From assembly GCA_963920595.1 (NCBI GenBank), contig OY986949.1, forward strand, positions 2,294,001-2,358,000: a DNA stretch of 64,000 nt, read 5' to 3'. Shown here one piece after another: positions 13,835-27,700 of this stretch (positions are counted from its first letter, which is position 1; each line of letters opens with the position of its first letter). This DNA is from Eimeria praecox (taxonomy: Eukaryota). Below the pieces are notes generated by a model. It made no database searches and was not told the DNA's origin. It saw nothing but the letters and a program-made list of their open reading frames with translations. A program made the position numbers and the translations under genes.

Positions 13835-15654
13835 AGCTCGTCTTCTTTCTATCAGCCTCTTGGCTACAGCCGGTCCTGGCGTTGGTAATACCCTGTAGCC
13901 GCAGCAGCCGCCTCATGTCGTCCCCTGAGCAAGTGGGGAGTAGAAAAGGAACCAAAGCCACTACAGGCTGCTCTGTTCCCTAGGCGAAGACCGGCAACGA
14001 CTGTCTCTTAACGCCAGAGGCTTAAAGGCTCTGGAAACAGATGAATGTGGCGGCACCGACAGATGTGGACACCATACATTATGGGGCTTAGAGGCAGGTG
14101 CCGACAGCAGCTACTCTAACCCTGCTATTTAATTCATTGAATCTGTTGGGCTAATTATCCCCTGCTGGATTTTGGCCACCTGCAGCCTTGCCCCAGACCG
14201 CCACGGAGGAGTGGGGCCCTCTACGCCTAGCCGCTGAACAGTACAATTTGAGTGATGTGTACACCTTAAAATATGAAAAAGTGTCTGTTTAAACACTAGA
14301 AGCAAACATATTGAGGATACTGCTGCAGTGCTCGAAGCCCCAGCAATCCGGAGTGAGCCTCCAGCAGTAGCTACCCCTTTCCTGTGATACGGGTCGGCTG
14401 CGTACTAAGGGAAATCTAATTCCACAGCCGTGCCCGATTTGCTCTGGTTATGTCACTTAGTTTGGGTTGAACAGAAGAAAATAACCGTAGGACGCGTTAG
14501 TTGGAGTCACCTGCGGCTGCCCGGCAATCCTTACAATTTTGCTATACAACTGCTATAATGATCACAGGATTGGCCCCCGATCAATTAGTAGGTGGACTGT
14601 GGTTTCCAAATATCTGCATAAACTTGCTCTGTGTGATCGAACTGTTGTTAATCTCGTGTATCAGAGGAGGCTCGGCATAGACGTGGCACTAACCGGAAAC
14701 GTTGCCGAAAACCCCCCTCATGACGTAAGTGTAGACGCCCTGCTTGCATTCTAGATTCTCCACATTATCTAACGCTGGCAGAGCGTGCACGTAATACACA
14801 AGACGTGGTAGAGCCTGGCAGCATGCACTCCATATGCCCAGCTGCACAGACGGGCGCGAGCAAACTGAAACGTTTGCAGTAAAGCAAGCATCATTATTAT
14901 CAGGGCTGTCGATACTAAAGTTGGAGTGCCTGCTAGGCCCTCACCTCTCCTGTCTTCAGCCTTGGTGGGCCACAAAGTTGATACTGTGGTACTTGGACCC
15001 TGGACTCGGCAAGTCTGTATACGGAGACGGCGAGCAATAGTCAGGTTAGCCTATCAAAGTAGGCATTTCGGCTTGAGTGCTTCCTGATTACCTGTGATTA
15101 TCAGCTCTTGACCCCAGCATTAAAGGCAGCTGCAGCTGGCCCCGCTAAATTGGCCACCACATGCTTGTAAATTCTACATCGCTTCCGCTGACCTGGCAGC
15201 CCTATATGGGAAATTGACGCGAGATGCCAATCCATATCCGTGCCAAATCAGCTGTATTTTTGAGTGAAGATAGGTTAAAACACTAAACGTACATTACACA
15301 GCAAGAGCATATGGAAACGCCACGTCGAGACAGCCTTCCCGTATGCAGTTCTCAACCAATCCTGTTCTTTGGTGGCTGCAAAATTCACCAAGCTGCCCTA
15401 GTGCGTGAAGCTAAGCCAAGAAAATACTCCCACATAATCTTACGCAAGCTCACTCCAGGAACAGAGACGCCAGCTCAAATGCCACTGTAGCAAGAACCAG
15501 CAATATTAACACGGACTCACACAAAAGTCCGCAAATTTAATAGTGCTCAACCCTCTTGCTTCAAGCTCATTAGCATAATAAAAGCCTCTGCGAGGGTATC
15601 CTCAAGGCAGTACGCCCTATAGAAGGTACATGCACCAAGCCCATAGACATAGTT

Positions 15655-18600
15655 CTATGCGGGGCCTGAGTCAGCCTCCCATCCTTCAAACAGCCTTTTA
15701 AGGTCCTGCAACGACAGGCGCCCTTTTCGCTTGTCAGCGTCGCCTTCTTCTGGGTCCACTGGGCTCTTCCGCTCTGAGTGCTCCTCACAGCGAAGAGTGT
15801 TTCGCGAAAGACGGCCTTTCCACTCCATCAGTTCCTCCATCCGCTCCTCAACCGTTCGAGCGCACACAAAGCGGTAGACAGAAACTGGTTGATCCTGTCA
15901 ATGCAACGCATTCACAGATTCGAATGGAGAAAAGCCATGTGCATAATGCCGTGGAGCATAATTTAGTCTTCGCGAGCATCTCGCGCGCAACGCTTCACGG
16001 TGATGCGCCCGAGAAGGACTATTCCACTTTGTGGTTTGAGAAGAACTATTATCGCACGCACTAGGCCCTTGCTAGCTGGCCGAATGAAGCAATGCAAAAC
16101 CTCAGACCAGGTGAAGTGGGCAACGCCCTCACCTGCCCATACCGCCAGAGCCGCCTCATCGCCTGTTTCTCGACCTGAGGATTCCACCAGCCATCCATGA
16201 TGTAGCAGCGCGTTGCTTTAACAAGGTTAAGCCCCACGTTTCCTGTCTTCAAAGACAATAAGAGTATCTTTCCGTGGTGAGGAGAGGAAAGGCCCACGCC
16301 ACCTTTACTTCCGGCGGTTGACTTCGCTGAGCAAAGCTGCTTTGGTGGAGGAGAATCTGCATTATACGAAGCTCCACTCGGGCCGGTCGTGCAAATGAAA
16401 GGTTGCAGATTAAACTGACCCATAAACGGATCTACTTCCGTCTCGGTTGTTCTTGAAGTGCCTGCACCTACTGTGGGCACCACCGAACACGAGCTATCGC
16501 TGGAGAACCACTGAATTGTGCGTTGTCTGGCCTCTAGGCCTAGTGTTCCATCAATGCGACGGTAGTTGTACAGCCTCTTCACCGGTGCTTCCTGTTTAGT
16601 TAGGCGGGACTGTCTCCCTCTCGAGGCCTCACTGTTGAGGGTTCCAGCCACACGCTGGCGTGGACCTTCCTTAGCAAGAGTGGCTCCCATTTCAAGAACA
16701 TCATCATCATCGCTTGTATGAGTGGCTCCCATGTCAGCAATATCATTGGTGACCCCTGAGGCAGGGCGTTTCGCAGCGCTGCGAACGGCTTCGACGCGTG
16801 CAAATGCCATCTCCAGGAGGTCGAGCATGGATGTCCACTGCGAGAAGATGACGCAGGACCTTCCCGCCGTAACATCTGCCTCCAAAAGCGCGAGAAGTAG
16901 TCGCATCTTCGTACTAAAAAAGAACATGTCGTCAGATAATTCGTGAAGATCCCCCTCGGACACTGCAGCGGAATCTTTCAGATCCGTAGAACCACATCCC
17001 GTCGGAAATGCCACAGCGGCAGATGAAGCTGAAGATGCTTTATCTGCTGCTTGCGTCTGGTGCGCCGCGGTCAGCTTTTGCTCTTTTGATCCAGTCTTGG
17101 TATCTGAAGCTGCAAGGGCCTCACGGTGTTTCTTCTGAACGGCTTGAATCCATCGCTGGGCAGGCGCCTTCGGCCCGCTCGGGAGCAACCGTACGTGCTG
17201 ATGAAGAAATCTGCTGTTGCATGTTGGGCATGCTGCTGCTGTGCCGCTGCAATTGCTTTGCAACAGCAACACGCAGGGGACGCAAAGCACATGCCAGCAG
17301 TTTGTTAGCACGACTGCTTCAGTTGGCGGCTCCAGACAAACTGGACAATCTTCAAGCTTGCCCTCCACAGCATCCTTGATAAATGTATGCAAGATTGGAT
17401 CAGGCGATGGACGTGGAGACTGCCAAAAAGAAAGACACATTAACGCCAGTTCATAAGCACAGTATGCTCGAGTGAAGGCCAGCAAGTAATCGTTCTCATT
17501 ACCAACTGGCAGTACGCAGACAAAGCAACAGCGGTGCACCCATCATAGCGAACATTTCCATAGTCCCCCACAAGTGTAAACAATGGCAATCAAGGCTTGC
17601 TGCAAAGCAAACAGGATGTAACGCCTTACGGAAGACGAATTGAGCACTCCTCCTGGAGCGTCATTGGTGCGACACCTTAAAGGGTCCTGAGCGGGGCTGA
17701 TTGCATCGATAAACTGCTGATGGCGTTGGTGTTCGCGGTGCGACGGAAGTAGAGGATGATTGCACGCTTGGCGCAGTCTTAGAAGGAGCTGAAGAACATG
17801 CGTGTATTGCTGCAGAACTTGGCCGCTCTGGACAAGCTGGTCAAATTTGGCCTTGCTATGTTCAAAAATGGTCTGAAAGAACACCGCAAAGCCTACTTAA
17901 CTCCTCCGCATTCATGCTGCTGGGGCAACGAACGCTACTACCGGCATACCGGATTTACACGGAACCAACAGGCAAGAACGAGGTTGCAAAATAGACAGTT
18001 GTGCATATAACTAGCCTGATAAAAAAGACGTTCTTCGTAAGTAAGCTGTAGCGTGAATGTGTGAACTGTGAGAGGCGGGAGCGGCAAAAGTGGTTTTCCA
18101 TCCTCTCCTAGTTGGTCCCCGTGCCGTCGAAGCATCAGTGGAACTAAGATGTTCCGCACTGTCTCGACTGCTTCCCGCACCATCCCTGCAACGTGAACAC
18201 CTCGCTCTTTCAAGCAAACTCAACAGATCCCAGGGATTCAAAGTCCCCCCACTCTCTACAGCCAATGAAGCAATCTACCATACCCCGTTCCATTGCTTGA
18301 GTAACTTTTTCCCTCCACCACCTACGACTACCCATGGGAGATACACGAAGAAACTGAACGAGGGCAAATGCATCCGAGAGATCATTTTGCAGAGGCGTCC
18401 CCGTCAATATCCAACTGCGAAACACTCCAAGTTCACAGCCACAAGCAACTGGTCTGAAGCCACTTTCGCGTCCATTCAGCCGACGCAGCAAGTGTCTAGG
18501 GAATAAGGAACGTTACCGTGAATCGGCTTCCAAGGAATTGCAAGCACGATTAACAAGCGACGACGTATTTTTGATAATATGGCCTTCGTCTAGAATAACC

Positions 18601-21600
18601 CGCCGGAAGCGAATGCTTGCAATGGGGCTTTCTGGGAGAGACCCTGGATCCAATGTGTAAGCCGAATGTGATTCACCTTTCATCCTTCCTCGTTCCGCCT
18701 GCACGTGCTTAGATAAATGACGGAAGTCGGATGCTAGCGTTTGGTAGCTGGTGAGCACAATGGTGTATGCAGCAAGCACCTTCGGATCTCTTGGGCGCGC
18801 AGGCCCGTAATACTGCAAGACCGTTGCCACCCCGCGTACTAAGTGCCTCTGCACTTCTGCGTACCACTGCCCAATTAGGGATAGTGGCACAACAATTAGA
18901 GTTCCCCCGTGCAGAAGATTGTCTCTACCGCGTTTCAGAGTGCGTTGTAAAATGCGGGGGTCGACAGCCAACAGATTATTCCGTCCCACTGTCGTTGAAG
19001 GTTCGTCTGAATTCACGGGCTTTAGGTCTTCAGCATCGCCATCGGAACTTACAGATATCGGCGATGGAGGCAACGGCGACGAGTCGAAAGCTTCCCCGTC
19101 CTTAGAGGGTGCTCCCGTCAGTTTTGCTGGGCAGCTCGAGGCTGTGTCGTGTGCACAGCCCCTCGCTGACGCTGCCAGCCATAAAGCAGCACCCCTAGGA
19201 TCCCTCTCCTGGAATTCGCTAACAGCTATGAGGGCTAGAACTTGCACAGTTTTCCCCAAGCCCATGCAGTCTGCTAAAATACCGCCTCTCACCCGGCCCG
19301 TTGTGCTTGGCTTTTGTAATGAAACAAGCCCTGAACTTGTATTTACATAAAAGCACCTCGGGATGAACTTCTTGGAGGGCTTGCATTCTGAGGAGCCCTG
19401 AATCAGTGTATGTCCATATTGCGTGGAATTACTAGTACCAGAAGCAGCTGCGCTGGAAGGAAGATTGTACTTTGCCCAGAGCGGATCAAGCTGCTCATCT
19501 TCACCTTCCAGGTTCAGGGTTTGTTCTGATTCACAGCGAAGCATCCACCAAAGGCCTTGAGCCTGATAAGGACGAAGGCGGGAAACAAACATACTAGCTG
19601 GAGGGTACAGGGCCCCCAATCCGCGCCGACTCTGTTGCTGACGCTGCAGGTGGTCTGATGCAGCCCTTTCTTCCAGGACGAGCTGGCAGAGAGTACCGCT
19701 CCTTTCCGCAGCTTCTTCATCTTCTTCATCAAATACCTCGGCGCCATCACTTTCTTCACCTCCTTCGTTCTCCCTGGTGAAGGAACGGCGTGCCGCTTTG
19801 ATAGAACGTTCTGCTGCTTCCCTTGTGTCTTCTAGGCCGGTATTATACGGCCCTGCGGTCCCCTTGGACCAATTAAATATATCCAGGCACTTGCGGGTTC
19901 TGGCCTCTTCGTTCACCCCCGAAACATTCTCATCCCTTTCCTCCTCTGGCAGTGAAGAAGCGGCAGTGACGGGCTGCATTGCCAGGAGGTGAAGCAAGGA
20001 CTCAAATGCCTGTCCGATCAGCACGGGGAAGTGAACCTGGCTCAAATACGGATCCCCTCTGACACGAAGCAAGCAAAAACTGGCAGCAGCTAACCATGAT
20101 AACTAAGTATGGATACACAGCAGTCTTCGCACAGGAGTCCCACACAAAGTGCACTGGGAGTCCGTTAGGAATGGATCAAACAGCAGAAAATTTCCCCTGC
20201 ACGAAAAGGGCACTTCGCCCAGCACTTCGCCCAGCAGGGTACGCGTTGGCTTCGAGCTGAAGTGTGGTGTTTCTAAGAAGCTCCCATGAAGGCATGTTTC
20301 AATGCAACGGATCCTAGCTCAGCAGATAGCATCATGAGCAATCCCTACCTTTGCCTAAGCGCGCTCAAGCGAAGCGCCTGTAGGGCCACATGCACTGTCA
20401 AGCGAACGGAGAGAGTACTGTTAACCGCCAGACGGCGAGGCGGCATCCTGTCTGGCAACCAACAGACGTCGACCTAAGAAATCGCAACGAACCAACTAAA
20501 AAAAACTGACCACCATGATACTTTGAATGCCAGTACCTGCTGGGCCCCAAAAATGAACTCTTGAAATCAGCTTGCAAAAGGAGAGTGCTCGTATGATAAA
20601 AGGCATGCTCCAGTCTCAAGCCTTACCTTAATAGCGCCCAAAAGAAGCAAAGGAGCTAAGGCTCTAGCCACCTCCCTGTCAAAGCGTGCGGCTTCCCGGC
20701 CGTCAATGAGAAGACGCAAGAAAGTTGTCTGTTCAGATATGCTGGTAAGAAGGTTGTGGAAATCCAGTCCTGCGAGATGGCTGCAACCAGTGGAACCTTT
20801 CACTCCTTTCATACTCCCCACTGCACCCGATGGAACACCTGTTGAAAATGGGCTTTCATCAGGGCATCGAGGGCGAAAGTTCGGCTGCCCCAGCCGTCGT
20901 TGGTGTTCTAGGAGGATAGGGTCGTTGAGGTGTATGTAAACAATCCTGTAGCCGCTGTTAGATATTTTAGCCTTGCGGAAGCCCTGCTGTGACCCCCACT
21001 TCGGTTGTGTATGAGGCAGCCGCACCTCTACCATCAGTGCCAACGGATCCTGAGGAAATGACAATCCAAAGTTGTAATGCTCAAGTAGCCGCATTGAGGC
21101 CACCAGTGAAGCAATGAATTAATCGGCAGCGCTCCATTAAATACGGACGAAGAAAAGCCGTGCAGCTTCAAAGGCAGAGCCAGAGTACAGAATGAGAAGA
21201 CTGAGGGCGGCGACTCACTGTGAGGCTGAATTTGCATATTGTGCCACTCGTGACTGTGCCACTTGCTACGCATTCGCCAAGACAAAAAGAAAAGTCGCTC
21301 GGAAGATCGTCGATAGCAGGAGCGGGCGGCCCCTCAGTACGCTCAAGGCATTGCACTTCAGCACCACTGCAGCTCTTGTCTCCAAGTTTGCCTGAGCAAG
21401 CAGTTCTTTGCTACGCTGAGCGCTTTAGCAGTGCTGCATGGTAATCTACCATTGCCCATGGGAGATAGCATGCAACACGCCGAAAAATGTGTTCTGTTTT
21501 GCACAACCCTATACGCGTACCCTCAAGCATTCCATTTGGAAAAAAACCTCACCGGCTGAGTCGCTCGGGCCAGAATCGTTATTTCCACTGGTTTCAGCTG

Positions 21601-22027
21601 CCTCTTCTTCACCTGAGTCATCGTCCAGGTCTATCATTAAAGCTTGGTTTTCAACCGACGATTCTCCACCTGCTTGGGTTTTCGCTTGGTCAGTTACAAC
21701 ACAGAAATCTGGCCGTGGTCCACCAGAGGCTTCCAAAGGCCTCGTCCCCACAGTAATGGAATTGCGAGACTTAAACTCCCCTGTGACTGGGCTGATTGCG
21801 GAACTTAAATGCAGGCTGCATGGACGAGGTGAAGTTACAGACGTTTTGTGCCGCTTTGAGGAACCCTGGTGGGTAAGATAACAATCCAACGCTGCTTCAA
21901 TAGAGCCATCGCTGCGACGCAGCCATTCCTGTGCCTCCTGTACACTGCATCGCACGAGGGCGGCAAAGCGAATTGCACCCTCATTCTGGTCAGAAGACTG
22001 CTCTCCATTCTGATGAACACTTTGCAT
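15655..22027 (-). CDS. RAD5: Rad5/HLTF-like SNF2 helicase with RING E3 domain, probable HIRAN domain and N-terminal UBA-like domain
   Basis: LRPYQAQGLWWM, GGILADCMGLGKT (Walker A), TLIVVP, RVILDEGH (Walker B), WILTGTPLQNDL and LRLRQACNHP. C3HC4 RING CPVC..CWHVLC..C..CPTC. Helicase C motifs STKM, VIFSQWT, RIDG, VGLNL and WWNPQVEKQA. Ends in TVEERM...LSLQDLKRLF. The start codon is uncertain (MQSV at 22027 chosen). Confidence 0.88.
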
Positions 22028-24059
22028 TGCAAAAATTGGAGTCTGGGGTGTCTCAGTCACATACACCCCTCCACCACGTAGACTCCGCGCGGCCATATGG
22101 CAAACCAGCACCTGAGAAGGTCAGCTGCGATATTCTTCTTACACTGAAGTTCGTTACGTTTGGATCAAGCAAGCCAACCATTGTTTGGTCATGCAGTTGC
22201 ATGCCCAGACGCAGAAGACAAATAATCGACGGGGGAGGCACTGTCCCCACTCAGAAGAATATGCGGATCTCCAAATATTTCTGTTCAGAAGGACTCCCCA
22301 GATGCTGAAATTCCTAGAGCATGCAGCACAGCCATGGAGGGCAGCTTTGCTAGACGAGGAACAACCGGTGGGGTTGCTCAAGCCAGCGGCAACTGGAAGC
22401 CCTCTAACGATGAGGCCCTATACCTAATGCAGCGCCAATATACCCATATTCTGGTCTATGCATAAGTGGAACAGTGTGGGCGTGACCTCCCTAATGTTTA
22501 TTTCTTTTCCTCTAGTAGGCACTCGCTCTTTGGGCACTCGGGCAACGGGTGAGCAAAAGAGAACGAAAAAGGTGTCGAATATGTTTGGCAGTAGCGAACT
22601 CTAAATACAGGCCTTTTTGTAAAAGCCATTACAACGATAAATTGCTGAATGGCGTGGAAAGTTTGTTTCAAGGGGGTGAACGCAGTTGGAGTGACCCCGC
22701 GTACCCGCCCGAGCTGTGTTGTTGCCGGGTGCTTATCGCTCTTGTATGCTCATTGTATGCGATACTGTTTGTACTTGATATCCGTCCTTCAATAGAAAGT
22801 GTCTTCGCTCGTTAACTAACGTTTGAGTTGCTGTCTGGAAGATGCCGTTAAGCTGCGCTTCTGGTCACTATCTCAGCGTGCGTTAGTGTGGGACAACGCT
22901 TTCTGTTTTCTCTAGCTCTTCCCTATGCCTTCATGCAATCACTCACAAAGTTCGTATGCGAATCCGCTACGGCCGGACGCATTGCAGCTGATGCTGCAGC
23001 AGTCGTATTTGTTCCCCCCCTTGCAGCTCATCAACCTGCAAACTTTTCCCCTCCGTAGCATGGTATGTCTCATCTTGGTCCAGGCATTTCTGCTGTGTAG
23101 CGGATTGGCTTTTGACGGATAAGCATTAACCAATTGCCTACAGTGCTTGTGCATGCGCCTAGAGGACACTGAGGTACGCTTGCTGCTATGGTTGTTTATC
23201 ATACACAATGTAATGTTGGTACTCCACCTACTTCCTCGCAGCCTAACTTCGAAAAACGAATTAAGTGTCTCAATACAGTCTAAATCATGGTCTACAATGC
23301 TAGAGCATGCAGCAAAGGGGCAATGGTTGTGCCTACATGTAGGACTGCCTTGCAGCACTAGCTGCTGCAAGATGCACTGCAGCCCGTTACGCCCTTGCCG
23401 GCATCCCGAACAGCTCTGGGCATCTGTAGCGGGGGACCATTGTGAGTAAGTGCCTTACAGAAGGCGTCAGCGAAACACCATCTTCCCTCCCTTATAGCCT
23501 CCAGGCAACCTGGGAACGGCTGCCCAATGGCCTGGGCTAGTGGGTAGAGGGGCCGCCCGGCCTTGGGCTACAACGCATCTTACTGCAAGTAGGGCAGCAA
23601 GGCAACCCTCTAGTAACACCTGTGTGTTAGATGCGCTACCATTATACACTACAGAGCAGTATGCCTTCAAATACTTCATAATCATCCGTACTTAGCCTAA
23701 CTCCAGTTTCGAGCACCGGCATGCCACAGAACCAAACCAACATCCGTTTATGCGCCAGCACTGTAGACTTTAGTTTATACTGTCTTTAATCGCTTATCTT
23801 ATTATTCGCAGTGGGCTTGCGAGCAAGTAGAATTAAACGTATCAATACCACGCGAAGCACGCTACACCACCCCTTGCCGCAACAAATGCCTCAAGGCAAC
23901 CCCACATGCCGCCATCCCCAAGCCCCATCTTGTCGAATACACCTACAGCATTGGCAGTTGTTAAACAATATCCCAACTTTCTGTAGCTGGTCTGTGCGCG
24001 AGGAGGGATGCATGGATCAGCTTCGGTCCGACCAGCATACTATGCACCTAGTGACAGGC

Positions 24060-24385
24060 CCTGCTACACTCGGCCTACAGGCAGCGATGGCAAGAGGCGT
24101 GGTGTGTAATGTTCTTCAAATGGGTGAGAATTGTTTAAAGCATGTGGAAAAGTGGCAGTTCCAAGAGCAGGAGTGGGTTGCATGGCTTCGGGAGGGCCAA
24201 AGGCGCAACAGATGGATGCGGTAACAAGACACTGGTGTTTGGGGCTGGATGAACCCTGGCGGCCGTAACCCAACGCGCTTGTGGAGATAATCACTAACAT
24301 AATTTTCCTTGGAAATGTGTTTTTACTGAGATAGGGGGCTAGATTTGATTTGCAATTGGACGGAGTAGTCATAGCCCTTGATGAG
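24060..24385 (+). mobile_element. Possible degenerate gypsy-type retropepsin remnant
   Basis: AAMARGVVCNVL (like ALLDSGA.CNFI) lies about 70 codons before NIIFLGNVFLLR*GARFDLQ (like DVILGMDFL...GA.ID). It is broken by stops and lacks the catalytic Asp. Confidence 0.3.
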
Positions 24386-24724
24386 TAGCTCTGTGGACTC
24401 TCGCTACGGAGACCTTACATGACAGCAACTAGTACCTCTACTTTTCTGTGTTTCAGCTAAGTCCCACGGCAGCGTACTTTCAACTTTGCTGTCGCCCACC
24501 TGAGCATCATGAGACATCACACACACCACCCTGGCAAGCAGGGCTCTTGTTGTATGGTGTTATTGAGATCCCTGTAGAGGGACTTCGCAACAGCTTACGT
24601 CGAGCTTTTCTTGTTCATTTAAAAGCAGTGAAGTGACCTGAGAGGCGCTGATACTTGGCAGGCCGATTCACGGGCTGCTCACCTTCTCCAGTGGAGCTTT
24701 GGACCTCACAGGTGAAGCGGGAAG

Positions 24725-27700
24725 ATGGCTACAGCGGCCCATTGCTCCCCTGCAAGAGCAGCAGTGGCAAAGGACTGCGGCATGGCATCCGAGAGCATGG
24801 ACTGGCACGGCGTTTACAAGGATTTGTTGTTTCGTCGGGGAGCCATCAACCCTCCGTGCACCCACCTCAGGCCTGATGATGATGCGGAAGCTGCCTTCCC
24901 AGATGCGCTGGCGTCCGACTTGGGGCTGCGAGAGGGTGAAAAGGGAACCACCAATGGGGTCGAAGCGGATCATAAGCCAGAAGATCCTGCCTCCCTCGTC
25001 CAAGACTTTCTGAGCGACTCGCCGAGGGTAAACTGCATGCACGCCCGCCAGCTGAATTGTTCTAGCAGGTAAAGCTCCACACAACAGGTTAACCTGGGTG
25101 GTCCTCGTTATCTCTGTGTTTCACCGCTACTCAGGTGCGGAAGCGCGGTTGCAGGAACATATCGTGCATATTTCGTGCACTTGGTAGATCGGTTGATGAG
25201 TTTCTTTTTTTCCTTCAAGGTGAGGGTCTCTGTTATGTTCCTCTCGAAGATGACTGATCTGATCACTTGGAGCAACGTTCCAGGAGTGAAACTACGCAGA
25301 TGCCCTTCTGGCGCACATTTCTGATTTTGGGCTGCGCACGGAAGGCAAGCAGCTGGCTGCTGCTTGCTGCGTATAATTCACATAGAATTAAGGACAGTTC
25401 TCACCTTAATGCTCATCTGCGCTACGGGTATTCGCTTCTGCGTGGCCTGGCTCTTGCATGCCCAATGAATATCGTATTCTAAAGTTGGAAGGGTGATGGC
25501 TGTGCACTGGCTTGTGGGCGTCGTGCGGGGCTTCCCTCTGGAAAGCAGGCACAGAGATCCGCTGGTGGAGACTCTTCACTACTGTCTTGAATTGGTGCAT
25601 GCTTTTGCGCGCAGACTTTGAGGAGGGTGAAGATAACGAGGATGTCTTGGCGATTCTTTGTAATGAGCTGAAGAAGTTCTTTGACGGCTCCGACAGCGTC
25701 AGAAACGGGCGCGAGGAATGCCCTTATATCTGGGAAGGAGGTCTGAGCATAATTTCAAGCCTCTTGCTTCGAGTCATGCTTCATAGGGACAAGGAGCTGC
25801 GAACGGCTGCTCTCCAGGCTTTCACAGCCCTGGTTTCAACATGCAACCATGCTGAGCTTCTCGGAAACAAAGTGACTTTCCAGGTTCTAGAGCTTTGCGA
25901 AGATAAGCAAAGCACATGCCGCGAAGCGGCTGCAGCGCTGATACCGTGCCTGCTCCACTGTACGCACCGATGCTCGACAGACTTGGCGAAACAGCGAACG
26001 CAAGAAACGCCAGATGACGCACGCGTTCTTGAGACCTTACTGGAGCTGAAACAAAAGCTGTTCGCTTCCTATATTACCCTTTGTGGGGACAAGAGCTGCT
26101 CGGTGCAGCTAGCAGCTGGCCAGCAGCTGCCACTTTTTGTGGATTACGTTGCTGCGGAGGTGGAGGTGCTGCAGCAGGGATCGCCACCGCAGCAGGCTGC
26201 TGAAGGCGCGGCACAGAGAGGGGCGGCTGGTGCAGAGGGAGCAGTAGGAGAACTCATGATTGCCGTGTACACAGCTACTCAGAAATTTACTTTATCTCTC
26301 CACGTGAGTTATTGAATGGACTTGAAGGGAATGAGCTTCAACTGAACACCGCAAAATCATTGCCATTTCCTGCCCGTACCTTCCTGCTGACACTTCATAC
26401 ATTGTAGTGCATTCCATTGGGCAACAGATGACTACGTATGCTGTATGTAACTGCTATACTATGCACAGGAAAGCTGTAGAATGCAGGGCGTAGCAGCAAT
26501 TGCTGCAATGGCTCGGAGGAACGCAGGAGCATTCAGGGCAGTGGGCAACAGCTTCTTTCCATTGCTTTGCAGTGAGAGAATTATGCAGGTTACTGTGTTG
26601 CAGAAGGGCAAGAGCTCAACTGTGTAGCTTATTTTGTATCCAACAGGCTTTGACTCTTTGTTGTGCGAGGTCGTCAGGTGATTCCTCGTGGCGTGTTCGA
26701 GCAACTGTGTGCCTCGCACTGGAAGACCTGATCCTTCTCTCCTGCAACTCATCACCTCCTTCAGCTGCCAAAAACACGGAGACTGAGAAAGAGGATGAAA
26801 AAATGGCTAACATGACAGCGTCTCTATTCAAATTCCTTACTGATCGCTCTGTGAGCTTCTGTGAATTGGTGTAACCAGCGTTGCTCAACTGCCAGGAGAG
26901 CGGTATACTCTAGCGTCATATTGCTCTCGATTGCGAAGCGTGCTCTTGGAGCCATAAGAAAGCAGGCCGCGTCATCTGGTCATTCTACTGCCTGTGCATT
27001 GCAGCCCATGGTCAAGCTGGCGGCCCTACATTTTCTTCCACGAATGGCACAAGTACTTGAGTCTTCCAGCCTTCTACCCAGAGTCCACCTCTTGGGCCCT
27101 CTGTCCTTGTCATGAGTTGTATCGGCATGGCGTCTCACGCTGCAAATGTTGAATGCTTCAAACAACTGAACCAGATCGAACGCTTGCAGTGGAGTTACCA
27201 CAAAACGGATTTGCCTTGTTTACGGCTCTGTTCAGTCGCTGGGAAATGCTGCCTTTATTGGTGATTCTTGGATGCTGGAGCTACACCAGATAGCTGAGGA
27301 TAGCCGCGAAAATCAAGGCTGTCGACTCCCAGGTGCTAGGAAAATGCTACAGTGCTAAAAAAACGTCCATAGTCGTGCGATTCGTGGCAGATGAAGATTC
27401 CTGTGCTACATTCTGTCTGTGTGAAGGACACTTCAGTGGGTAGTAATTGACCGATGGCTTCATATAATGGCTGACATTCCGCGTTTCCGCAGGCGCTTGT
27501 CTGGATGCAGTGATGGGCCTCCTGCCGCTTACCACTGGTCCTCAGAGGCGTGCATTCTTAGAGCTAGCGACGGACCTGGTTCAGTAGGTGTTGTCAAATC
27601 CCTACATGACAAAGCGGCATGAAGCACCCTATTGGCTGAAGGATAACTAGGATATTGTTGCCCTTCGTTTGCACTACTTCCCAGTATTTCCAGATGTGTT

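Noticed and set aside
20210..20236. 12-bp tandem duplication GCACTTCGCCCA
   Set aside because: A small, probably intronic slippage event with no sign of function.
25028..25072. Possible frameshift near the end of the first PP2A-A-like exon
   Set aside because: Using the donor AGG|GTAAAC near 25028 gives a clean PR65-like reading, so no frameshift is needed.
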